The translations under genes and the position numbers were made by a program. From IMG/VR virus record IMGVR_UViG_3300008108_000037, positions 68,002 through 132,001 of that record: DNA of 64,000 nucleotides; one strand, given 5' to 3'. Under the pieces are notes generated by a model. It ran no database searches. It had not been told where the DNA came from and saw only the letters and a program-made list of their open reading frames with translations. The stretch comes from a virus (Duplodnaviria > Heunggongvirae > Uroviricota > Caudoviricetes). This document shows, piece by piece, positions 1 to 8,612 of the stretch (its first letter is position 1; each line of letters begins with the position of its first letter).

Positions 1-647
1 TTTTTCATAGAGTTCCACATTTTTTCATTCCATTTTGTTGCATTTGTATGTAAATGGATTCGTTCTAAATTTGACCATTTTGACTTATCAAAGTTTCTTA
101 AAAAATCTCTAAATCCAACAGAAACAAATGGATCACCACTACCAGTTATATACAGCGTTTTTGTTGTTTTACCGTATTCATTTTCAATATCCTCAATCGT
201 TTTTTTAATCCTTTGTATTCCATCGGCACTTTCCACAATTAAATCAACCCTACAAGATGGACATTTAAGATTGCACGTTCTATCAAATGAAAATTGAATT
301 ATTGTTGGGGGTTCAGTGATCCCGTTATTAAATAAATCAATTCTTTCTTTTAATTTACTCGGCATCTCATTCTTATGATAAAGAGTATCAGTATTACCAA
401 TTTTTCCAAATGTTACTAATTGATGTAAAAACGGACACTGACCTTTATCACAATATTTATAAGAGCCATCTAAAACGGATTTTCTGATTTCTATAGCCTC
501 TTCGGATTCCCAGGAATTTTTTAATGTGGTGTTTTCTGGTAGATACTTTTTCAACCACGATGCACAACAAAGAAACCTATTTTTATGTTGTATTTCAAGT
601 GACACAAATGGAACAGCACACACATAATTTTTTAAATCGATACTCAT
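1..647 (-). CDS. radical SAM domain protein, partial (gene starts at 647-645 and runs past window start)
   Basis: Manual translation of minus strand from ATG (645-647) gives MSIDLKNYVCAVPF...FDRTCNLKCPSCRVD (CX3CX2C radical SAM cluster motif) then ...LYITGSGDPF; its start overlaps TAA stop of the upstream ORF (TAATG). Confidence 0.55.
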   Translation of the reverse strand, partial: MSIDLKNYVCAVPFVSLEIQHKNRFLCCASWLKKYLPENTTLKNSWESEEAIEIRKSVLDGSYKYCDKGQCPFLHQLVTFGKIGNTDTLYHKNEMPSKLKERIDLFNNGITEPPTIIQFSFDRTCNLKCPSCRVDLIVESADGIQRIKKTIEDIENEYGKTTKTLYITGSGDPFVSVGFRDFLRNFDKSKWSNLERIHLHTNATKWNEKMWNSMK

Positions 648-1321
648 TAAATTATATTTTTAATTTGTCTCTTGTTATTTAATATATCTATTAAAAATTC
701 TGAAAATTCATAGTGGGAGTCCTCGCACCAATGACCATCGTCTACCTCTCCATTGGTTTCTTGTTTTATGTTTCTATATTTTTTAGATAAAATAATCCCA
801 CATTTTGACAGGTCTGAACACCATGACCAATGAATTATTTTATTTTTAAGAGAAAAATTAATCAATTTCATCCAGTTACATATTTCTAGTACGTAAGGGA
901 AATTCGATCTATTAATTAGTAATTCTTGTATTGTTTTTTCCGAGATAAACTCAAATGTCTCAATTTTTTTATGTGCAAAAAATCCGTTTTCGTTACCTGG
1001 TTCAGGATTGAAATGTCCCCACTGATCTGACTTATTTACTAATCTAAACCTACTTTGATTAGTCCAACCAAAAATTAAAATATCCCCTTCCTTAATTTTA
1101 TCAACAACTTTACAAAACTCCTCTAAAATATGCGAGTTATCAACACCTCCCAGTCCTAAATTTATTAAATTTAAACCAAGTTTCTCAGCAATAATCTCAC
1201 CATAAACTTTCGGGACATATCCCTTATATTCAATGTATTTTTGTCTCCAGTGTATTGTTGATCTTTCCGGGGGGTAAAAATAATCGGTAAACGAATCCCC
1301 AAAGGTCCACAGATTATTCAT
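647..1321 (-). CDS. SGNH/GDSL-family hydrolase-like protein (paralog 1 of 7)
   Basis: N-terminal WTFGDSFTD block (GDS(x) catalytic Ser motif of SGNH hydrolases); paralogous to 3387-4022, 4528-5346, 13704-14489, 17095-17754, 21995-22915. Confidence 0.5.
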   Translation of the reverse strand: MNNLWTFGDSFTDYFYPPERSTIHWRQKYIEYKGYVPKVYGEIIAEKLGLNLINLGLGGVDNSHILEEFCKVVDKIKEGDILIFGWTNQSRFRLVNKSDQWGHFNPEPGNENGFFAHKKIETFEFISEKTIQELLINRSNFPYVLEICNWMKLINFSLKNKIIHWSWCSDLSKCGIILSKKYRNIKQETNGEVDDGHWCEDSHYEFSEFLIDILNNKRQIKNII

Positions 1322-1863
1322 CAGATCATTGTTTTATTTTTTTCTTGTCTTGTTGTTAATTTAATTGTTACATCGGATATCTCGATAGTATGATCTAGCT
1401 CTATAATAAAGTTTAAAATTTTAAACAAATCCTCGAATTTGAGTTTATTAAAATTCGCACCAAACATTTTATTATTCTCCATTGTACTTGGGTTAAAATT
1501 AATAACTCTAACTTTTTTATACGGATTGGCAATATTTAATGTCTGTGATAAATTTATTAGGTGTTTTTTATTTGAGACATATAGAGGACTAAAACATCCG
1601 TCCTCGTGTACTGCGGACGTTCCAAAATTTATTATTGTTTTTTCTAAATCCTTCCATTTTTCGAATAGTTCAAAAAAAACCAAGGATTGCTTCACATCTT
1701 TACTATATGCATGATTTAAAAATACATCGCATGAAGCTACCTGCGATAATATAGTGTCAATTTCTTCTCTTAGATCTATTTTAATTATATCGTGGGTCTT
1801 TCCCCACATAAGCGAAGCGTAATTGCCAAAACCGTCTGAAGTACCTGATATTGCTATTTTCAT
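1321..1863 (-). CDS. SDR-family NAD(P)-dependent oxidoreductase-like
   Basis: N-terminal IAISGTSDGFG glycine-rich Rossmann motif; downstream YVSNK (YxxxK) catalytic dyad; 180 aa. Confidence 0.4.
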   Translation of the reverse strand: MKIAISGTSDGFGNYASLMWGKTHDIIKIDLREEIDTILSQVASCDVFLNHAYSKDVKQSLVFFELFEKWKDLEKTIINFGTSAVHEDGCFSPLYVSNKKHLINLSQTLNIANPYKKVRVINFNPSTMENNKMFGANFNKLKFEDLFKILNFIIELDHTIEISDVTIKLTTRQEKNKTMI

Positions 1864-2363
1864 ATTAATTTCGAATTTCCTATTTGTAAATCATTCTTAT
1901 TTAAAAATAATATAAGGGACCATCTCTCACCTCCTAATATTTTTTTCACTTCATGGTCCCTATCACTTTTCATTGTATAAATTGTCCCAGTAACTTTAGG
2001 AAGTATTTCTAAAGGATTATATGCAATGAATTCTCCACCATCATAACTTTCATTTAAACAAACACCTATATTTAAAATTTGATCAGGATGCGTTGTCGAA
2101 TCATTATGTTTAGCAAATTCATTACCAGCCAAATAACGATGCAAATATATTTCTTGCATTTCATTTATTTTATTTTTTGAATATTCATCTAAAAGAAATT
2201 CTTTCAGTCGATCAAATATCCACTGGGTGTTACTATTTCTAAGTACAACATGATAATAGTAATTAAAATCATTTCTTTTAAATAATGATGATGAGTGTTT
2301 AGGTTTAAAAGTATTTGATAGATTAATTATCTTATTACATTCTTCTATTGAAAATGAAATCAT
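1860..2363 (-). CDS. 2OG-Fe(II) oxygenase superfamily protein
   Basis: HxD (AKHNDS) ... H (DHEVKK) ... RxS (GERWSLILF) triad arrangement typical of P4H/PhyH-like dioxygenases. Confidence 0.45.
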   Translation of the reverse strand: MISFSIEECNKIINLSNTFKPKHSSSLFKRNDFNYYYHVVLRNSNTQWIFDRLKEFLLDEYSKNKINEMQEIYLHRYLAGNEFAKHNDSTTHPDQILNIGVCLNESYDGGEFIAYNPLEILPKVTGTIYTMKSDRDHEVKKILGGERWSLILFLNKNDLQIGNSKLI

Positions 2364-2851
2364 ATTAATTTTTTTTTATTCATTATGTCGGTTCTTAATC
2401 GTTCAGAACTATTCTCGTCAAATAGATCTTCATAATATTGAATTGGTATTTTTAATTTATCAGACAATTCCTGTAAATCTTGACCCATTTTTATTAAAAG
2501 TTCTCTTGATTTATCAATCGTTTCTACTGGTGGTGCGACATATTCATATGGGGTTCCGGAATGATACCCATTTCGAATATTGTGATAAAGGTAAGAGTAT
2601 GATTCGAGATGATTTTTAAAATTTTTTCGATTTAATAATATCACATCATCAAATTTTTTTGATAATTCAAAATTATTCTCGTGCTGATGTATTATTGTTT
2701 TAACAACAACGTTATTCATATCATCGTCATATAAAAAACGATCACTACCGTCAAACGGCTCAAAGATTGCTCTAAATTCTCTTTCTTTCGAAATTTTATG
2801 TAATAAAGATGTAGATCCCGTTCTGGGTAATGATATTATTAAAATTCTCAT
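2360..2851 (-). CDS. sulfotransferase-domain protein
   Basis: N-terminal ISLPRTGSTSL resembles the PAPS 5'-phosphosulfate-binding loop (P-K/R-T/S-G-S/T-T) of sulfotransferases; 163 aa; same array as APS kinase. Confidence 0.45.
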   Translation of the reverse strand: MRILIISLPRTGSTSLLHKISKEREFRAIFEPFDGSDRFLYDDDMNNVVVKTIIHQHENNFELSKKFDDVILLNRKNFKNHLESYSYLYHNIRNGYHSGTPYEYVAPPVETIDKSRELLIKMGQDLQELSDKLKIPIQYYEDLFDENSSERLRTDIMNKKKLI

Positions 2852-3390
2852 ATTAATCTTTTATTGTCATATAATTTAAGATATTTAAAATCTGTATTAG
2901 TCATCCAAACATTTAAAGCGCATCTAACCCCAGTCGTGACAGGCATAACCCCATGGTATATTTTACTTCCATCAAAAGATATGGACTGTCCTATTTTTAA
3001 CAAATGTTTTTGTGAATCGTTTATGTTTTTTGATTTTGATAATATAAATCTCCCATCTTCAAAATTTTCGCTTAAAACTATTACTGTAGTTAGCTGTGAG
3101 GTTGAATCCAAGTGTAAATCTAATCTTCTACTATCGTAATATTTGGTAATACTTATATTAAAATCTTCAATTTTAAAATCTTTAAAATTAAACCACAATT
3201 TAAATTTTTCTTCTTCAAAATTTTTTATGAACCTGTCAAATATCAATTTATTAAATCCTAAATCGGAAATTCTTTTACAATCCCAAACCTCGGATGGATT
3301 ATAATTAAATTTTTTACCCACCCTATCTGCATATTCAATAATTGAATTACATTCCTCACCTCCAAAGAAATTGTTTATCGAATAGTTCAT
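2848..3390 (-). CDS. 2OG-Fe(II) oxygenase (P4H-like)
   Basis: LHLDST (HxD), IYHGV (second His), GVRCALNVW (Arg for 2OG C5 carboxylate). Confidence 0.45.
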   Translation of the reverse strand: MNYSINNFFGGEECNSIIEYADRVGKKFNYNPSEVWDCKRISDLGFNKLIFDRFIKNFEEEKFKLWFNFKDFKIEDFNISITKYYDSRRLDLHLDSTSQLTTVIVLSENFEDGRFILSKSKNINDSQKHLLKIGQSISFDGSKIYHGVMPVTTGVRCALNVWMTNTDFKYLKLYDNKRLI

Positions 3391-4022
3391 AATATTTTTT
3401 TATCCTTTATATCCTCCACAAATTCTACAACGGGTTCTTCTATTTCTAATAATCCATGAATTATTTTATACATTTCGTAACATCCTTTAGGTCCTGGATG
3501 AAAATCTATTTTTTCTCCAACTCCTTCTTCCCAATTGGAAGTTACCTTAATAAGTGTTACAAAGTCAGAGGTAGGAATGGCGAATTGTTCACTCCATGTA
3601 ATAAACACTGGATTATATATTTTTAACCATTTTTGGAGATTTTTTAAAAATTTAATGTCATTTTCCCTAACACCGTTTATCCAATTATTACCTTCAGTGA
3701 GTCTTAAATCATCTAATTTTTCGGCAAATTTACTATCCTTATAATATTGTGGCGATCTGTACTGGTTATTTAAATATAGTTCTTTTTTATCCCCATAATA
3801 CCTTCCGGGTAACCTTCCAGGGTCAGTAAATACAATAACAATTCTATCTCCCTCCATATATTCATCTAAATTACCTAATTGAAAAATTATTGAGGAGTTA
3901 TCAGCCCCAAGTTTACCATGTTTATAAACTTCGTAGTGTTTTGATAAATAATATCTCCAATGGTATTTTGGTATGTGCCAATCAACAAAAGAATCCCCAA
4001 AGCAAAATAATCTCGGTTTCAT
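3387..4022 (-). CDS. SGNH/GDSL-family hydrolase-like protein
   Basis: N-terminal LFCFGDSFVDW GDS motif; paralog family. Confidence 0.5.
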   Translation of the reverse strand: MKPRLFCFGDSFVDWHIPKYHWRYYLSKHYEVYKHGKLGADNSSIIFQLGNLDEYMEGDRIVIVFTDPGRLPGRYYGDKKELYLNNQYRSPQYYKDSKFAEKLDDLRLTEGNNWINGVRENDIKFLKNLQKWLKIYNPVFITWSEQFAIPTSDFVTLIKVTSNWEEGVGEKIDFHPGPKGCYEMYKIIHGLLEIEEPVVEFVEDIKDKKIL

Positions 4023-4525
4023 TAAATTAAAGACGTTCTTTTTTTATTAAACATTATAACTAAAACCCTCCTTTGTCCAGATTCTAACTGTGTAACTTGG
4101 TGAACCTGGTTGTTTCCCTCGAAATTAACATACTGTCCAATTTCTGTAAAATTTACATCCTCTCCATCAATTATTAATCTTCCTCCCACAAATTCATTCG
4201 ATAACAAAATTAACGTGGTCTGTAAAACAAAATACTTATCTCTGTGAGGTTTTGTTAAGTTTCCTTTATCATATATTAATTCATAGAAAAAATCTATTTC
4301 ATATTCAGGTTTGCCAAATTTTTCAACAATAAATGAATTAAACTTGCTATCGTGCATCCCATAATATTTCATTGATGTCAGGATTAGTGCATCCTCGCCT
4401 TTGATAACTATATAGGGATGCTTATATTTTAAATTTTCATATTCTAAAGGATTCATTCCCCCATTTTCCGAAAGTGCTTGATTGATGTAATCGATCTCTT
4501 CGCTATTTAAACAACCAATATCCAT
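4022..4525 (-). CDS. 2OG-Fe(II) oxygenase-like protein
   Basis: KPHRDK (HxD), QVHQV (His), GQRRVLVIMF (Arg) in P4H-like spacing. Confidence 0.4.
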   Translation of the reverse strand: MDIGCLNSEEIDYINQALSENGGMNPLEYENLKYKHPYIVIKGEDALILTSMKYYGMHDSKFNSFIVEKFGKPEYEIDFFYELIYDKGNLTKPHRDKYFVLQTTLILLSNEFVGGRLIIDGEDVNFTEIGQYVNFEGNNQVHQVTQLESGQRRVLVIMFNKKRTSLI

Positions 4526-4527
4526 AG

Positions 4528-5346
4528 TTATATCAAGATGTTAATTTTTCCTTTAGTCTTTTCCGATATGATTTTATTTTCTCCAATAAAACGGTATATT
4601 TCATCGGAAATTAGTTCATATCCAAGCTTATTTGGATGTACACCAACAAGGTTAATTGGGTTTTTAAAATTCTCCCAAATACTTTTTTTATCAAAACTGG
4701 TTAAAAAGTCCCTAAATGTTTCTTTGCGGAATCCCCAATAGTGCCTAGTGTCGATCAAATCGGTTTTATCAATTTCCCCTATAATATTTTTTGGCAACAT
4801 CATATCGAATCCATCGCAAAACAAATATCTAATACCCAAATTTTTAAACATATATTGCAAATACAATAAATAACCCTGGTTGACTATGTTATAATAATTT
4901 TCGTTGTATAAATTAACCGTGTACCATTCCTTATAGTCGATTTTTAATTTATTATAAATTTTATTTTCCCCATTTGAGCTCAGTATATGATCGTATATGT
5001 ATTTTTTGTCTAGATGTCTTTTACTCCATGAATGCCATTCATTATCTGGCGGAAAAAATGGCAATTCTTCCCTTAAGGGGGAAGACCACATTATAATCAC
5101 TAGATCATTCTCTTTAATCCTACCAGTATCTATACATTTACAAACGCAATTAAATATGAATCGATTATCTGATCCACCTACTCCGTAATTTTGGAGGTCT
5201 ATTTTTAATTTTTCTGCTAATTGTTTTGGCCAAGAATATTTGCTCCGAATTTTTGTTTTTTCCTCTAAACTACTTACCGCATTCTCTTCTGCTAAATCTC
5301 CACCAACACCCTCCGTCCAGCTATCCCCGAATGTATATAATTTCAT
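4528..5346 (-). CDS. SGNH/GDSL-family hydrolase-like protein
   Basis: N-terminal LYTFGDSWTEGVGG GDSL block; 272 aa. Confidence 0.5.
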   Translation of the reverse strand: MKLYTFGDSWTEGVGGDLAEENAVSSLEEKTKIRSKYSWPKQLAEKLKIDLQNYGVGGSDNRFIFNCVCKCIDTGRIKENDLVIIMWSSPLREELPFFPPDNEWHSWSKRHLDKKYIYDHILSSNGENKIYNKLKIDYKEWYTVNLYNENYYNIVNQGYLLYLQYMFKNLGIRYLFCDGFDMMLPKNIIGEIDKTDLIDTRHYWGFRKETFRDFLTSFDKKSIWENFKNPINLVGVHPNKLGYELISDEIYRFIGENKIISEKTKGKINILI

Positions 5347-5945
5347 AACAGGTTTTTTTTAAACATCTTATTGATTTCTCTTTCTCTTACCCAAATAACT
5401 AAAATATATTTTACACCATCCACAATTGGTAAACCAGCATGTAATGATTTTTTATTTAGTGTTCTATCCGGGTTTAAATTATTCCACACCAGCAAATCCC
5501 CCTGATTTCCTTTTATTTTAATTTTTTTCAAAGGAAATTCAGTTTCTCCCCCGATATAATCATCATTTAAATAAAATATTCCGGTTATTAATCGATCACC
5601 GCTTTCCCCATTAGGTATATTCTTTGGGTCTCCGTAGCAGTCATAATGTGGCTTGTATTCTCCCCCAATTCCATATCTTATAAAGGATACCGGGGTTTCT
5701 TGCTGATTAATGGTTGTTTTTGTTTTTTCTGAGAATATTTTACGAACTTTTTTTAGTAATTCGGATTCATTTCCATATACAGCAATTTCAGCTTTTCTAT
5801 ATTTTATATCTGATTCCACATCCCCATTAATTGTTCTCGCAGTTTTAAATTCGTTAAATTCTTTTATTAATTTTTCACAATCCATTTTATCTAATACTTC
5901 TGCATGTAATTGATATAAAAGGTTATTATTTTCAAAGTATCTCAT
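5343..5945 (-). CDS. prolyl 4-hydroxylase-like 2OG-Fe(II) oxygenase (start moved to second Met giving ATGA overlap at 5942-5945)
   Basis: KPHYDCYGD (HxD) ... SLHAGLPIVDGVKYILVIW matches P4Hc core; the ORF-track start at 6008 overlaps the upstream gene by 67 nt, whereas Met at 5945 gives a 4-nt ATGA overlap. Confidence 0.6.
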   Translation of the reverse strand: MRYFENNNLLYQLHAEVLDKMDCEKLIKEFNEFKTARTINGDVESDIKYRKAEIAVYGNESELLKKVRKIFSEKTKTTINQQETPVSFIRYGIGGEYKPHYDCYGDPKNIPNGESGDRLITGIFYLNDDYIGGETEFPLKKIKIKGNQGDLLVWNNLNPDRTLNKKSLHAGLPIVDGVKYILVIWVREREINKMFKKNLL

Positions 5946-6433
5946 ATAATAGTTTTTAATTTTCCCCAGTTCTTTATGTCCCCGTATCTTATATAAAATA
6001 ACGCACAATATCTAACCCCTCTTTTTACTTTTTTCACTTCGTGATATTCGCTTGATTTATAATGATATATTTCACCCATCGGTTTCAAGTATGGTTTATC
6101 GTTTAAATAAAACTCCCCACCTTCATAATCATCATTTAATAATATATTAATATTATAAATAAAATCTCTACTGAGTGAATTAGTGGCGGACCCCGAATCT
6201 ATATGTTTTTGAATTAGGTCACCCTCAATGTATTTTAATATACCTACATTAATTGTACTAATGTCCAAATTTAAATACTCACTACAATATTGAATAATTA
6301 AATTTTTAATTTCACCGTCTTCGACTTCAAATAAAGTGGAATAGTATGAACCACCAGTCTTCACCCTTTTCCATAAATTTTTTGATTCTGATAACTCAAT
6401 CAAATACCTACAATGACTATTTGAGATTTTCAT
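5942..6433 (-). CDS. 2OG-Fe(II) oxygenase-like protein
   Basis: QKHIDSG (HxD), EYHEVKK (His), GVRYCALFYI (Arg). Confidence 0.45.
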   Translation of the reverse strand: MKISNSHCRYLIELSESKNLWKRVKTGGSYYSTLFEVEDGEIKNLIIQYCSEYLNLDISTINVGILKYIEGDLIQKHIDSGSATNSLSRDFIYNINILLNDDYEGGEFYLNDKPYLKPMGEIYHYKSSEYHEVKKVKRGVRYCALFYIRYGDIKNWGKLKTII

Positions 6434-6436
6434 TAT

Positions 6437-6946
6437 TTAAATTAAATTTTTATAGATTTTAATCTGATCTATTTCATTTGTCAATGATCCATAAATTCCA
6501 ATTCTTTCTGGGGTTGAAAATTCGTCACATAAAAAATCCTCTGTTTTAAAAATTAATAGATCTCCGTCTTCCAATACTATTTCTTTTATTTCATTTTTTA
6601 ATCTTAATGATATCTTACTTTTAAAGGATTTTATAAAAAGAATGAATGAATATTTTGATTTTGGATTTATCCCTCTTTTTAACTGCTTATCGAATTTTAT
6701 TTCTTGGTCCAATTCCTGTTCCTGTATATAAGCGAAGGTGTTTTTGACATATACTTGAAAATCCTCTAGAGTTTCTTTTTCTAGGTTTTGTAATATGATT
6801 TCAATTATTTTTAAAGTTGTGTCCGATTCTAACCACAGGATTCTCTTATTAAATTCGGATTTTACGTGATGTGAATTCAGTATAATATCATATTTTAATA
6901 GTTCCAAATTAATTTTTGGCTTAACGATTTTATAAAACATGATCAA
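6437..6946 (-). CDS. hypothetical protein
   Basis: Long ORF in co-directional array; no motif recognised. Confidence 0.3.
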   Translation of the reverse strand: MIMFYKIVKPKINLELLKYDIILNSHHVKSEFNKRILWLESDTTLKIIEIILQNLEKETLEDFQVYVKNTFAYIQEQELDQEIKFDKQLKRGINPKSKYSFILFIKSFKSKISLRLKNEIKEIVLEDGDLLIFKTEDFLCDEFSTPERIGIYGSLTNEIDQIKIYKNLI

Positions 6947-7656
6947 GAATTTATATGATTTTTGAAGACGATCCTTCTATTTGTTTCCCTAATAGAATTA
7001 AAATCATAATTAATATTCGTTGTGTATACTATTCTATCAGATTCTGAACCTAATGTAAGGGTTGGCATATGTTGTAAATCACCAGGAAAAAATAGAATAT
7101 CGCTTTCTTTTGGAGTGAATGAATGTAATTTTTCGTCTTCTGTTTTAAAAATAAGATCCCCTTCTCCATCTTTAAGATCCGAAGGAATTTGTATATAAAA
7201 AACATAGGTCCATTGCGTTTTCAAATTTGTTCTATTCGATGATTCTATCCAGTCATGGGTGTGCATCCATTCCATTTTAAAACCCGGAACTTGTATGTAT
7301 ATCCAACTGGATTTTATAAATCTGTCTATTTTGCAAGACAATTTTTTCCTTAAAAAATCCAATGCCTGATTATCTACAGATCTAAATTCATCGCATCCAA
7401 TATGGACGTCCAATGAATTTTGTACCCTGTATGTCTCGTTTTGGTATAAGGATTCGTTTTGATATATTCTAGTTAAAAATTCTTTTTTCGAAAACTGATT
7501 ATCGTACCTTGTCTTGTAGATTGTGTATTTTTCTGACAGCTTATATTGTTCTGAAAAGTTTATTTTTTTCATATTTCCCATATTTAGTAAACAGTTCATT
7601 TCCACGATATATTTTTTTCGTGGCAATCGATAAATTTCTATCAATATTCGGTTCAC
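6943..7656 (-). CDS. hypothetical protein, possible cupin/2OG-oxygenase-like (true start probably an internal Met near 7572-7581)
   Basis: MHTHDW and DLQHMPT His-containing blocks; the 5' end overlaps the downstream-array gene 7541-7975 by ~115 nt unless an internal Met is used. Confidence 0.25.
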   Translation of the reverse strand: MNRILIEIYRLPRKKYIVEMNCLLNMGNMKKINFSEQYKLSEKYTIYKTRYDNQFSKKEFLTRIYQNESLYQNETYRVQNSLDVHIGCDEFRSVDNQALDFLRKKLSCKIDRFIKSSWIYIQVPGFKMEWMHTHDWIESSNRTNLKTQWTYVFYIQIPSDLKDGEGDLIFKTEDEKLHSFTPKESDILFFPGDLQHMPTLTLGSESDRIVYTTNINYDFNSIRETNRRIVFKNHINS

Positions 7657-7975
7657 TATCCCAAGAACAGCTGTTTACCCAGTGCATGGGTGTTTTAAAT
7701 ATCCAATGACAATTTTTTTCTAGATTGACATTAAACGTCCATTCGTCACCAATCTTAGAAAATTCGTACATATCATAAACATGGATCTTAACGTTATAAT
7801 CAAGGGAATTTAATTCTGATTCAGTTAATTGGTAAATCCCTGAATCCCCCTTCCAGTTAACGAATATTTCTTCCCCCTCATCGATATCTCTAAGAGCAAA
7901 AATACCTACTCCGTGTATATTGCTCGGCGACATTTTAACGTTCACATGATTTTTGATGTATTCATATGCAGTCAT
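7541..7975 (-). CDS. SET-domain protein (putative protein lysine methyltransferase), paralog A
   Basis: N-terminal HGVGIFALRDIDEGEEI (SET N-region G-x-G...GE-I), central WVNSCSWDSEPN (NHSCxPN-like pseudoknot), C-terminal RGNELFTKYG (GEEL..Y). Confidence 0.4.
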   Translation of the reverse strand: MTAYEYIKNHVNVKMSPSNIHGVGIFALRDIDEGEEIFVNWKGDSGIYQLTESELNSLDYNVKIHVYDMYEFSKIGDEWTFNVNLEKNCHWIFKTPMHWVNSCSWDSEPNIDRNLSIATKKIYRGNELFTKYGKYEKNKLFRTI

Positions 7976-8448
7976 TATATGAAATTTTTTGGTGTGGTTC
8001 TGAATTGAGATCCATAGTTTCCTAATATCTCTTCACCTTCTTTTATCTTTCTAATTGCAACAGGTGCCACATTATTATTGCTATCCACGTTACAGTTTTT
8101 CAATCCACTGTTCATAAACATTTTTGGCCAAATGTATATCCAGTGATAACCTCGCTCTAAGGGGAAAAATATTTTTCCATATTCCTTAGGTATGATTTGT
8201 TCGACCCCATTTTTATCAACAAACCACATTTTATTGTCAAAGGTTTCGTATAAATTTTTTTGGAGCTTATCAGGGAGTGTGAATAATTCTTCCTGTGTAA
8301 TTGAATATATCCCACTCTCCCCATGCCAAAGATCAAAAACAGATTCACCTGCTTCAATATCTCTAATGGCAAAAAATCCAACGCCCTCTACAGAACTCGG
8401 CTTAAGTATTGCTGTGACCTTTTGCTGAAGATATTCTAAAGGAGTCAT
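7975..8448 (-). CDS. SET-domain protein, paralog B
   Basis: EGVGFFAIRDIEAGESV, MNSGLKNCNVD, KEGEEILGNYG; tandem duplicate of 7541-7975 with a 1-nt stop/start overlap. Confidence 0.4.
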   Translation of the reverse strand: MTPLEYLQQKVTAILKPSSVEGVGFFAIRDIEAGESVFDLWHGESGIYSITQEELFTLPDKLQKNLYETFDNKMWFVDKNGVEQIIPKEYGKIFFPLERGYHWIYIWPKMFMNSGLKNCNVDSNNNVAPVAIRKIKEGEEILGNYGSQFRTTPKNFI

Positions 8449-8612
8449 AAATATCCACAGAATTTAAGAATGTTTTAACTTAATCAGTTCTACAAGTTTT
8501 GACAATATAGTGAAGGTTTTCTGTTTTTTATCCTCGCTGATCGATGAAGCTTGTCTTAATTTAAGATCAACAGTATTAATTGACTTATATTTTGTTGGTT
8601 TTATCATGATCT

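Noticed and set aside
5343-6008. ORF-track start of the P4H gene at 6008 and of 34368-34760 at 34368
   Set aside because: These starts create 60-70-nt overlaps with upstream genes. Internal Met codons (5945; 34413) give the ATGA or short-overlap junctions typical of the rest of the array.
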